A stretch of DNA of 63,161 nucleotides, counting the filler, from Octopus bimaculoides (taxonomy: Eukaryota), in assembly GCF_001194135.2 (NCBI RefSeq). It is 8 parts of 8 records of this genome, joined end to end, with 100 filler letters (N's around TTAATTAATTAA, not from the genome) between each part and the next. Parts side by side here need not be neighbours in the genome. Positions count along the whole stretch, not along the records: positions 61,623 to 63,161 come from NC_069009.1; 7 more parts are not named here. The stretch is one strand, 5' to 3'. Within the stretch, counting starts at the first letter, position 1; each line of letters opens with the position of its first letter. A model generated the notes under the pieces. That model was not told the origin of the DNA and made no database searches. It saw nothing but the letters and a program-made list of their open reading frames with translations. Both the position numbers and the translations under genes were made by a program. This document shows positions 63,160 to 63,161 of this stretch, in pieces.

Positions 63160-63161
63160 GT

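Overview
AT-rich, microsatellite-saturated eukaryotic genomic DNA with many assembly gaps. The SINE families and repeat density suggest an octopus/cephalopod scaffold (inference from recall; no database search). I find no host protein-coding gene: nearly all ORFs in the track are translations of (CA/TA/GA/TAA)n repeats or N runs. Supported content: (1) a same-strand cluster of eight tRNA-Glu copies at 51.65-58.83 kb (two identical intact TTC genes, one structurally compensated TTC variant, one intact CTC gene, four pseudogenes), with tandem-duplication evidence in the spacers; (2) a 720-bp TIR element with AT target duplication inside the cluster, carrying SAP and SWIM-type coding remnants (ISL2EU-like); (3) co-oriented R4/Dong-clade retrotransposon fragments stacked in (TAA)n microsatellites at 12.4-19.1 kb, plus copies at 24 and 46.8 kb; (4) two RTE LINEs, one ending in three C2H2 zinc-finger units; (5) L1/Tx1, Helitron-helicase and Tc1/mariner (DD37D-like) fragments; (6) an open Penelope-type GIY-YIG frame running off the window end; (7) about 20 tRNA-derived SINEs, a ~150-bp satellite and a palindrome with a telomere-like loop. 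I see no evidence for a wholly new multi-gene system. The best leads are the tRNA-Glu birth-and-death cluster, the SAP-SWIM transposon, the three-finger RTE and the TAA-targeted retrotransposon nest.
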